This document shows, one piece after another, positions 9,436 through 16,841 of a stretch of 29,117 bases of DNA (its first letter is position 1; every line of letters starts with the position of its first letter). The notes below the pieces were generated by a model. It was not told the origin of the DNA, ran no database searches, and worked only from the letters and a program-made list of their open reading frames with translations. The position numbers and the translations under genes are program-made. The stretch covers positions 1 to 29,117 of the forward strand of contig PAVW01000021.1 of NCBI GenBank assembly GCA_002713205.1. Reading direction: 5' to 3'. Origin of the DNA: Nitrososphaerota archaeon. GTDB lineage: Archaea; Thermoproteota; Nitrososphaeria; Nitrososphaerales; UBA57.

Positions 9436-10245
9436 TTATGAAATGAATTTTTGATATAATTCATTTATATTTGTAATTACATAATTTGGTTTTTCAGCAA
9501 TTGTTAATTTATCAAAATCAAATCTATTTTGGTTTGTAACTAAAATACTTTCAATTCCTACAGAATTAGCACCTGAGATATCTGAACTAATATTATCACC
9601 AAACATAACAGATTCACTAGAATTAACACCGATACTAGATAGTACTTTTTCAAATATTGCAGGATAAGGTTTGCCAATAAATGTAATTTTTTTGTTTGTA
9701 GCATAACTAATAGCTTCAGCTAAAGCTGCTTCTCCAAGAAAAAATCCTTTATCTCCTAAATAATTACCATAAAATTTTTTTGTTGTTCCTGAACAAAGTA
9801 ATCGAGAACCTTCAGATACTAGACGCATAGCATGATTAATTTCAGCGAAAGTAACAGTTCGATCAGCTCCAATAGCAACAACATCAGCATCAGGTCCTTC
9901 AGCTATAGTTATTCCTGCATCCTCAATATCTTTCTTTAACCCCCACTCACTAATTACGAAACAAGTTGCATGAGGAAAATTATCTTTAATATACAAAGCA
10001 GTTGTTGCCCCAGATGTAAATACCTCGTGTTCTTCAATAGGCAACCCCATATCCAATAATTTACGATAAACTATTTGTCTTGGTTTTCTTGAAATGTTTG
10101 TTATAATGGCAATTTTTTTATCATGTTTTTTTAATAGAGAAATAAAATTAGCCGTGTTAGATAGACCATGTCCTTCGTCAATATTATCAGTTAATACACC
10201 TTCTACATCAAACAAAAACCCTTTTTTTTTCAATAATTCCTTCAT
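9436..10245 (-). CDS. HAD-superfamily hydrolase, subfamily IIA (NagD-like sugar/nucleotide phosphatase)
   Basis: Motif I is FLFDVEGVL, motif II is IITNIS, motif III is GKPYP and motif IV is GDNISSDISGA, with a IIA-type cap between motifs II and III. Confidence 0.75.
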   Translation of the reverse strand: MKELLKKKGFLFDVEGVLTDNIDEGHGLSNTANFISLLKKHDKKIAIITNISRKPRQIVYRKLLDMGLPIEEHEVFTSGATTALYIKDNFPHATCFVISEWGLKKDIEDAGITIAEGPDADVVAIGADRTVTFAEINHAMRLVSEGSRLLCSGTTKKFYGNYLGDKGFFLGEAALAEAISYATNKKITFIGKPYPAIFEKVLSSIGVNSSESVMFGDNISSDISGANSVGIESILVTNQNRFDFDKLTIAEKPNYVITNINELYQKFIS

Positions 10246-10301
10246 TTTACAATCACAATGGAATTACAATTATATTTATCAAAGATAATTTAATTAATTT
10301 T

Positions 10302-10874
10302 ATGAGAAATAAAGGTTACAATAATCTAACACAATTAAAAAACGATATTCAAAAATGTAAAAAATGCGAATTATATAAATCAAGAAAAAAGGCAGTACCT
10401 GGGAATGGTCCAAAAAATGCAAATGTCATTCTCATTGGGGAAGCACCTGGAGCCGAAGAAGATACAAAGGGAAAACCTTTTTGTGGAAGAGGAGGTAAAT
10501 TATTAGATAAAGTCTTAATAAATAATAATTTGTTCCGAAAAAAAATTTATGTAACTAATATAGTTAAATGTAGACCACCAAATAATCGTAAACCAAAAAA
10601 AGAAGAAATACAATCTTGTAGTGAATATTTACAAAATGAAATAAGATTGATCAATCCAGAATTAATAACATTATTAGGAAGAACAGCTGTTGAAAATATT
10701 CATAAAAAATTACCGATTTCAAAAAATCATGGGAAAATTAGCTATAATTCTAAAAGAAAATTTTTAATAACTTATCATCCAGCAGCTATATTAAGAAATC
10801 CAAAACTAAGTAAAACATTTAGTAATGATCTTAAAAAAATAAAATCATATATTGGATCGAATAAAAAAAAATGA
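10302..10874 (+). CDS. udg: Uracil-DNA glycosylase, family 4 (Fe-S type)
   Basis: CKKCELY...VILIGEAPGAEEDTKGKPFCGRGGKLLD...VKCRPP...TYHPAAILR are the family-4 UDG motifs. The stop overlaps the nth start (ATGA at 10871-10874). Confidence 0.88.
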   Translation: MRNKGYNNLTQLKNDIQKCKKCELYKSRKKAVPGNGPKNANVILIGEAPGAEEDTKGKPFCGRGGKLLDKVLINNNLFRKKIYVTNIVKCRPPNNRKPKKEEIQSCSEYLQNEIRLINPELITLLGRTAVENIHKKLPISKNHGKISYNSKRKFLITYHPAAILRNPKLSKTFSNDLKKIKSYIGSNKKK

Positions 10875-11530
10875 TCAGCGTCAAAAACATACTTAAAAAT
10901 ATTAGAAAGATGATTGATAATGAAAATCAAAATGAATTAACTACACTAGGAAAAATAAGTAAAGAAAATGATCCATTTAGAGTATTAATATCGACTATAT
11001 TATCATCTAGAACAAAAGATGATATTACATTCAATGCAACTAAACGTCTATTTGAACAATATAAGAACGCGAAAGAATTATCCAAGGCGAACATATCGAA
11101 TATTAAAAGACTTATCAAACCTGTTGCGTTCTATAAAACTAAACCAAAGAAAATAAAACAAGTGGCAGAAATTATCTATAAAGATTACAATAATCATGTG
11201 CCAAGTGATATGAATAAATTATTAGAATTGCCATTAGTCGGTAGAAAGACAGCAAATTGTGTATTAGTATATGGATTTAGAAAACCTGCTATACCAGTTG
11301 ATGTTCATGTTCATCGAATTTCCAATAGATTAGGCATAGTAAAGACTGAGATTCCTGAAGAAACAGAAATCGAGTTGACAAAAATAGCGAAGAAGGAATA
11401 TTGGTTACAAATTAATGAATACTTTGTTCGTTTTGGACAATTAATTTGTAAACCGGTAAATCCAAGATGCAATATTTGTTTGTTCAACAACGAATGTCCA
11501 TATGCAAAAAATAATTTCCAGAAGAAATAA
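10871..11530 (+). CDS. nth: Endonuclease III (HhH-GPD DNA glycosylase/AP lyase)
   Basis: Contains the HhH motif LPLVGRKTANCVL, then VDVHVHRISNRLG, and a C-terminal 4Fe-4S cluster loop C-x6-C-x2-C-x5-C (CKPVNPRCNICLFNNEC). Confidence 0.88.
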   Translation: MISVKNILKNIRKMIDNENQNELTTLGKISKENDPFRVLISTILSSRTKDDITFNATKRLFEQYKNAKELSKANISNIKRLIKPVAFYKTKPKKIKQVAEIIYKDYNNHVPSDMNKLLELPLVGRKTANCVLVYGFRKPAIPVDVHVHRISNRLGIVKTEIPEETEIELTKIAKKEYWLQINEYFVRFGQLICKPVNPRCNICLFNNECPYAKNNFQKK

Positions 11531-11541
11531 AATTAAAAGAA

Positions 11542-12246
11542 TTAATCAGTCCAATTATGAACTTCTGCCCAGATCTTTACCGTCTCAGGATATATACCAT
11601 GTAAAAGTTTTTTAAGTGTATTTGCATATTGTTGAATTTCCCATTGTGCAGTACGTTCAGCACGTAATTCAATAAAATTTGTAATAGCTTGAAAAGATGC
11701 AGTCCAATAAACTTCAGTATATTGATTCAATGGTAAAATCATACGAGCTTGTTCTTTAGCAACTCCTTTATCTAACAAATTATTATATGCATTTTGTGCA
11801 TTATTCATAAAATCTTCAAATATATTTGAACAATCTTTGGCAGCAACGTCAGAAAGAACTCCTTCAGAAGCTTGTTTATTATCTTCGGATTGTTTTCTCC
11901 AATTTTCTGGCATGTAAAAATCTTTAACGGGTACATAACGCCCACTAATTTCATTCCAAGCATGATCCTTTGTTGCTGATGAATTAGTAGTCTCTATACC
12001 AACAACATGTTTATACCATTGTCTCATGACAAATTCGGGGGCTTTAATATGAAATTGAACCATCATATGACGAAATGGAGAATAATGTTTGTTTTTAGCA
12101 AGAAATCGAACTAATTTTCTATCACCGTCAGAATATGTAGTTTTTCGTTTTCCAAAAGATACTCGGGCAGAATTTACTACGGTTAAATCAGAACCCAATG
12201 AATCTATAACCTCAACAAACCCTTTGTCAAGTACCTCAATATTCAT
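11542..12246 (-). CDS. thyX: Flavin-dependent thymidylate synthase ThyX
   Basis: 234 aa. ...YSPFRHMMVQFHIKAPEFVMRQWYKH...EISGRYV...TEVYWTASFQAITNFIELR matches the ThyX motif region (RH...S.RY). Confidence 0.85.
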   Translation of the reverse strand: MNIEVLDKGFVEVIDSLGSDLTVVNSARVSFGKRKTTYSDGDRKLVRFLAKNKHYSPFRHMMVQFHIKAPEFVMRQWYKHVVGIETTNSSATKDHAWNEISGRYVPVKDFYMPENWRKQSEDNKQASEGVLSDVAAKDCSNIFEDFMNNAQNAYNNLLDKGVAKEQARMILPLNQYTEVYWTASFQAITNFIELRAERTAQWEIQQYANTLKKLLHGIYPETVKIWAEVHNWTD

Positions 12247-12351
12247 TTCTAATAGAAAATATAATTACTCAAACTTCAACGTTTCTAATTAGAGTTAATA
12301 AAAAGAGTTATTATTAATTAATAAAGCACGGGTACTTGAAAACCATATTTG

Positions 12352-12442
12352 TGCCTCGGTAGCTCAGACTGGTCAGAGCGCAGATTATATCGCTCAATTG
12401 CCTTGTAAGCAAGATGTCGAGGGTTCAAATCCCTCCCGGGGC
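12352..12442 (+). tRNA. tRNA-Thr (anticodon UGU) with a 16-nt non-canonical intron (12381-12396) in the 5' strand of the anticodon stem
   Basis: Manual fold: acceptor GCCTCGG/CCGGGGC, D arm GCTC-AGACTGGTCA-GAGC, T arm GAGGG-TTCAAAT-CCCTC, discriminator T. Removing 12381-12396 gives anticodon stem CTTGC/GCAAG with loop CTTGTAA. Both splice sites fall in 3-nt bulges flanking a 4-bp helix (GAGC/GCTC). No CCA is encoded. Confidence 0.8.
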
Positions 12443-12545
12443 TTATTAACTAATAAAAATGACAAATTTGAATTGCAATAGTTAATTACTATAATAATAA
12501 AAATATCAATAATTATTAAATGACAAATGTGAGAATGTTAGATAA

Positions 12546-13394
12546 ATGAAATCAGAAATTAATATTACAATAATTGGACCAGATAAAAAAGGAATAGTTG
12601 CGGAAGTTACCAAATATATTTTTACCAATGGTTGTAACATTGAAGGAGTAAGCCAAAATGTCTTGAATAAGGTATTTTTTATGAATGTAAAAGTATCGGC
12701 AAATAAAAATTTTCAGAAAACAAAATTCGATAATGGACTAAAGAAACTAGCGGAAAAATCAGGCTTAGAAGCAAAATTATACTTTGAAAAAAAAGAAAAA
12801 TTAAAAAATATGGCAATATTGGTAACAAAAGAACCACATGTATTAGAAGAATTACTCAAAGCACATAAAGCAAAAAAACTTAAAATTAATATTCCAATCG
12901 TAATAGGAACTACAAATAAATTAAAAGAAATTTCCAAAAAATTTGGAATTAAATTTTTATTGGTGAAAGATAATGATCAAACAATAAGGGAAAGACGAAT
13001 TTTGAAAATATTAGAAAAGAATAATGTAGATTTTATTGTCTTAGCAAGATATATGAAAATCCTTTCTCCAAAATTTGTATGGAATTATACAAACAGAATT
13101 ATTAATATCCATCCATCTCTTCTGCCTGCATTTCCAGGGGCAATGGCATATGTACAAGCATTTGAAAAAGGCGTAAGGGTTTCAGGAGCTACAGCGCATT
13201 TTGTAACGGTGGATTTGGATCAAGGTCCAATAATTGTACAAGAATCATTTAAGGTTAATTCAGATGATCAATTAGAAAAGATTAAGAGATTGGGAAAAGA
13301 AGCTGAAAATAAAGCGTTATTAAAAGCAGTTAATTTATTTATCAATAATAAATTAGAAAGTAAATGGGGAAGAGTAATAGTAAAAATTCATTAA
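12546..13394 (+). CDS. purU: Formyltetrahydrofolate deformylase (ACT domain + formyltransferase domain)
   Basis: An N-terminal ACT-like region (ITIIGPDKKGIVAEVTKYIF) is followed by ...VDFIVLARYMKILSP...INIHPSLLPAFPGA..., typical of PurU. Confidence 0.82.
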   Translation: MKSEINITIIGPDKKGIVAEVTKYIFTNGCNIEGVSQNVLNKVFFMNVKVSANKNFQKTKFDNGLKKLAEKSGLEAKLYFEKKEKLKNMAILVTKEPHVLEELLKAHKAKKLKINIPIVIGTTNKLKEISKKFGIKFLLVKDNDQTIRERRILKILEKNNVDFIVLARYMKILSPKFVWNYTNRIINIHPSLLPAFPGAMAYVQAFEKGVRVSGATAHFVTVDLDQGPIIVQESFKVNSDDQLEKIKRLGKEAENKALLKAVNLFINNKLESKWGRVIVKIH

Positions 13395-13436
13395 ACCGAA
13401 GTCACAGATAAATAATATTATCTACATAAATAGATA

Positions 13437-13718
13437 ATGCCTCATTTTATACGATTAGTAACCTTTACTGAAAAAGGAATAAGCGATCCACTTCTCTCCA
13501 AAAGTAGAAGTGTGGAATTCAAAAAAGAAGCTGAAAATTTAGGAATTAAGATATTGGCCGAGTATGCAGTTATTGGGAGATATGACATAGTGACAATTGT
13601 AGAAGCACCAGACATTCAATCAGTGATGAAATTAAGTGTAATTCAAGGGAAAAAAGGAAGAACCCGAGTAGAAACTCTAGCGGCAGTTCCAGTAACTGAA
13701 TTTGAAGAAATTATATGA
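13437..13718 (+). CDS. GYD-domain protein (function unknown)
   Basis: 93 aa, with ...AEYAVIGRYDIVTIVEAPD..., the GxYD core, and the size typical of GYD family proteins. Confidence 0.65.
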   Translation: MPHFIRLVTFTEKGISDPLLSKSRSVEFKKEAENLGIKILAEYAVIGRYDIVTIVEAPDIQSVMKLSVIQGKKGRTRVETLAAVPVTEFEEII

Positions 13719-13726
13719 TAATAAAT

Positions 13727-14068
13727 TTATTTGGTTGTAAATTGTTTGTATATACTTTTAGTGAGTAAAGAAATAAAACCATAATAATCATAATCAGAAA
13801 TTTCAGTTACAACATATTTCTCATTTTTCTTAGCATCAAGAACTGTCTGTAAATGATAACATATTCGAAAATTATTTCTCATAATAGAAAAATACAATGC
13901 TTTACATGTACAATAATTATTATTTATGAATACGATTTGATCTCCAAGGCTTCCAACAACAGTCCATATTTCTCTATTACTAGGGAAAAATTTATGCAAC
14001 TTTACTCCGCCATTGTTAATCAATTTATCAATTCTTGAAGAAATTTCAATAGAATTTCTCTGAACCAT
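13727..14068 (-). CDS. Small stand-alone SWIM zinc-finger protein
   Basis: 113 aa. The CxC-x14-CxH signature is present (YCTCKALYFSIMRNNFRICYH), preceded by a beta-rich segment (VKLHKFFPSNREIWTVVG) as in archaeal SWIM proteins. Confidence 0.6.
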   Translation of the reverse strand: MVQRNSIEISSRIDKLINNGGVKLHKFFPSNREIWTVVGSLGDQIVFINNNYCTCKALYFSIMRNNFRICYHLQTVLDAKKNEKYVVTEISDYDYYGFISLLTKSIYKQFTTK

Positions 14069-14110
14069 TAATAATTTAATATACTTACTGATATATAGCA
14101 GATAATTAAA
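14069..14110. promoter_or_regulatory. 42-bp divergent intergenic region between the SWIM gene and the phosphoesterase gene (must hold both promoters)
   Basis: Positional inference only. The sequence taataatttaatatacttactgatatatagcagataattaaa contains TATA-like runs, but the AT-rich background prevents a specific call. Confidence 0.3.
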
Positions 14111-14857
14111 TTGATTAAGATACTATATCCTCATCCAGCTCTTCTTCTGAAAGAGGAAAACAAGAAACACATAATCATAAGTGATCTTCATATAGGTTTT
14201 GAAGAAAGATTCGTGAAAAAAGGTATTTCAATTGAAACTTCAACAGAAAAAATGAAAAAAGTATTAATTGAATTGATTCAGCAATATCAACCTGAAGATG
14301 TAATAATATTAGGCGATGTGAAAGACAGCATTAGCAGAATAACCAATTCTGAAAGGAGAGAACTGCCAAAATTTTTTGATGATATATCTACATATTCACA
14401 AGTGAGAATAATACCAGGAAATCATGATGGTGGTTTAAAATCAGTATTAGCACAAAAAGTTATTTTAGAAAGTGTATATGGAATTACAATAGAAGAATCA
14501 GGATTACTACATGGACATACGAAACCAAAACAGGACTTTGTGAATCTGGACAGGATTATTATGGGTCATTTGCATCCAATTTTTAATCAACCTTCAAGTC
14601 CAATATCTGGAAGTCAAATATGGGCAATATTAAAAGTGGAAAAGAAATATCTATTTGAATCTAGTGAAGGCATAATGGAAATTATTGCCATTCCTTCTTT
14701 TAATACTGAATTAACTACGACAGGATTTTCAAATTATAGAAAGAAAGAAATTTCACCGATTTTAAGAAGAATTCGTTCACATGTAAACGATGCTATCTTC
14801 ATGACATTAGAAGGAGATATTATTGGCGGCTTAAACCATGTAACACGATTAATTTAA
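14111..14857 (+). CDS. Calcineurin-like metallophosphoesterase, archaeal SbcD/Mre11-related type
   Basis: All five phosphoesterase motifs are present: DLHIG, GDVKD, GNHD, GH (LLHGHT) and GHLHP. 248 aa. TTG start. Confidence 0.75.
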   Translation: MIKILYPHPALLLKEENKKHIIISDLHIGFEERFVKKGISIETSTEKMKKVLIELIQQYQPEDVIILGDVKDSISRITNSERRELPKFFDDISTYSQVRIIPGNHDGGLKSVLAQKVILESVYGITIEESGLLHGHTKPKQDFVNLDRIIMGHLHPIFNQPSSPISGSQIWAILKVEKKYLFESSEGIMEIIAIPSFNTELTTTGFSNYRKKEISPILRRIRSHVNDAIFMTLEGDIIGGLNHVTRLI

Positions 14858-14934
14858 AAAAAATTGAATGCAATCTTATAGATAAAAACGATAAGAAATA
14901 TTAGTATGTTTTGTGACAAAAATATAGATACAAT

Positions 14935-15711
14935 ATGGAAGATTTAATGAAACCGTTTTTAAAAGATGGAAAGAGCTTGTTAATAGCTTATGACCAAGGT
15001 CTTGAACATGGACCAAGTGCAGATTTTGATGATAGAAATGTAAATCCGCAATTTATCATGGATATAGCTGAAGAAGGAAATTTTTCAGGAGTTGTATTTC
15101 AAAAAGGATGTGCTGAAAAATATTATAAAGAATCTTCAGGAATTCCTCTCATAGTTAAAGTAAATGGAAAAGCCAATCTAACGAAGGGCGATGTTATATC
15201 AAGACAAGTGTGTTCGGTGAAAAAAGCAATTAGTATTGGAGCAAAAGGAATTGGATACACTATCTATGCAGGAAGTTCATATGAATCAGAAATGTTTCAA
15301 GAATTTGGCAGAATACAAGAAGAAGCACATGATCATGGACTCCCAGCAATATCATGGGTATACCCAAGAGGAGGAAAAATTCCTGATCTTGGAGGGGATT
15401 CAACAAAAGAAACTGTAGCATATGCGGCACGAATTGGTTTAGAACTAGGTGCAGATGCTGTAAAAATAAAATATTCAGGGAATTCAGAGGATTTTAAATG
15501 GGCAGTGCAATCTGCGGGCAAGGCACATGTGTTCATGTCTGGCGGTCCAAAAACAAATACAGATGAAGATTTTTTGAAACTAGTAACCGGAGTAATGGAT
15601 GCAGGAGCAACAGGAGTAGCTGTGGGAAGAAATGTATGGCAGCATCAAGATCCACTAAATATTACGGCAAAAATAAAAGAAATAATATTTGAAGGTAAAA
15701 GAATAGGTTAA
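14935..15711 (+). CDS. fba: Archaeal-type class I fructose-1,6-bisphosphate aldolase (DhnA/FbaB family)
   Basis: 258 aa TIM-barrel pattern: AYDQGLEHGP...LIVKVNG...YPRGG...ARIGLELGADAVKIKYSG (Schiff-base Lys context)...GGPK...GVAVGRNVWQ. It lies immediately upstream of a PFK gene. The ADH-synthase paralogue of the same family cannot be excluded from sequence reading alone. Confidence 0.72.
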   Translation: MEDLMKPFLKDGKSLLIAYDQGLEHGPSADFDDRNVNPQFIMDIAEEGNFSGVVFQKGCAEKYYKESSGIPLIVKVNGKANLTKGDVISRQVCSVKKAISIGAKGIGYTIYAGSSYESEMFQEFGRIQEEAHDHGLPAISWVYPRGGKIPDLGGDSTKETVAYAARIGLELGADAVKIKYSGNSEDFKWAVQSAGKAHVFMSGGPKTNTDEDFLKLVTGVMDAGATGVAVGRNVWQHQDPLNITAKIKEIIFEGKRIG

Positions 15712-15737
15712 ATCAACTTATTGAATTTAGGGAAAAA

Positions 15738-16757
15738 ATGAAAATAGCAATACTAACTGGGGGCGGTGATGCACCTGGATTAAATCCTGTAATACGCTCA
15801 GTAGTAAAGGTAGCTAAAGAAAATAAAATTGAAATGATAGGGATAAAAAAAGGATGGGCAGGATTAATTGAATTAGATCATTTTCCATTAAAGTGGGAAG
15901 ATGTTAAGAACTTACATTCAGAGGGCGGTACATTTTTACTATCGAGTAGAACAAATCCCATAAAAATGGAAAATGGAATAAAAAGAGTTTCAGATAATTT
16001 GAATCAAGTAGCAGATGGTCTTATTGCAATGGGAGGAGAAGATACTCTAGGTGTAGCAAATGAATTGTATAAAAACGGAGTAAATGTTGTTGGCGTACCA
16101 AAAACAATTGATAATGATCTTTTTTCAACAGATTATACAATAGGATTTGATACCGCAATAAATATCACAGTAAGTGCAATTGATCGAATAAGGACTACAG
16201 GCAAATCACATGAAAGATTCATGGTAGTAGAGGTAATGGGCAGACATGCAGGATGGTTAGCAGTACATTCAGGATTAGCATCTGGAGCAGATTTAATATT
16301 ATATCCAGAAGAAAAATACGATGTTCAAGAAATATGTGAAAAAATCAAAAAATTAAAGCATGAAGGTCAAAAAAGCGGCATTATTGTAATTGCAGAAGGA
16401 GCAAAAGAAAAAGAAGGATCTCACACTACACAAAATAAAGAATTAGATGCATTTGGTCATGTAAAATTAGGAGGAGTGGGAGAAAAATTATCAAAAGTAA
16501 TTGAAAAAAATACAGGAATAGAAACAAGGCATATAGTTTTAGGTCATTTAGTAAGAGGAGGCACACCTTCAGCATTTGATAGGGTATATGGTGCCAGACT
16601 TGGTTATGGAGCAATAAAATTAGTATTAGGAAAAAAATGGGGCCAAATGCTCACTTTACGGGGAACAGAAATAAGATCAATGTCGCTAGAAGAAGGAGTA
16701 AAGGAGCTAAAAACAGTGACAAATGATTACAGAGATTTAATCAGACAGTTAACATAA
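15738..16757 (+). CDS. pfp: 6-phosphofructokinase, PfkA family, predicted PPi-dependent
   Basis: GGGDAPGLN, GGEDTLG, PKTIDND and MGRHAGW are PfkA motifs. Asp at the E. coli G104-equivalent position (GGEDT) and Lys at the G124-equivalent position (PKTIDND) are the residues associated with PPi rather than ATP use. 339 aa, similar in size to the Thermoproteus tenax PPi-PFK. Confidence 0.85.
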   Translation: MKIAILTGGGDAPGLNPVIRSVVKVAKENKIEMIGIKKGWAGLIELDHFPLKWEDVKNLHSEGGTFLLSSRTNPIKMENGIKRVSDNLNQVADGLIAMGGEDTLGVANELYKNGVNVVGVPKTIDNDLFSTDYTIGFDTAINITVSAIDRIRTTGKSHERFMVVEVMGRHAGWLAVHSGLASGADLILYPEEKYDVQEICEKIKKLKHEGQKSGIIVIAEGAKEKEGSHTTQNKELDAFGHVKLGGVGEKLSKVIEKNTGIETRHIVLGHLVRGGTPSAFDRVYGARLGYGAIKLVLGKKWGQMLTLRGTEIRSMSLEEGVKELKTVTNDYRDLIRQLT

Positions 16758-16810
16758 ACAAATAACAATAAAAAAGATACATTATACATATGAAAACTGA
16801 AAAATTTTTA

Positions 16811-16830
16811 TTCTATTCGTAAGAATAGAA
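16811..16830. promoter_or_regulatory. Perfect 8-bp-stem inverted repeat ttctattc-gtaa-gaatagaa between the pfp stop and the topoisomerase IB start
   Basis: Read directly: stem 16811-16818 pairs with 16823-16830, with loop gtaa. It lies 12 nt upstream of the GTG at 16842 and is preceded by a T5 run. Its function (terminator hairpin or operator) is unknown. Confidence 0.4.
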
Positions 16831-16841
16831 TAAATTAATTA

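Noticed and set aside
12247-12257. A near-palindrome ttctaatagaa abutting the thyX start, loosely resembling the 16811-16830 palindrome
   Set aside because: It has only 5-bp arms in AT-rich DNA, so it is expected by chance. Its half-site differs from TTCTATTC.
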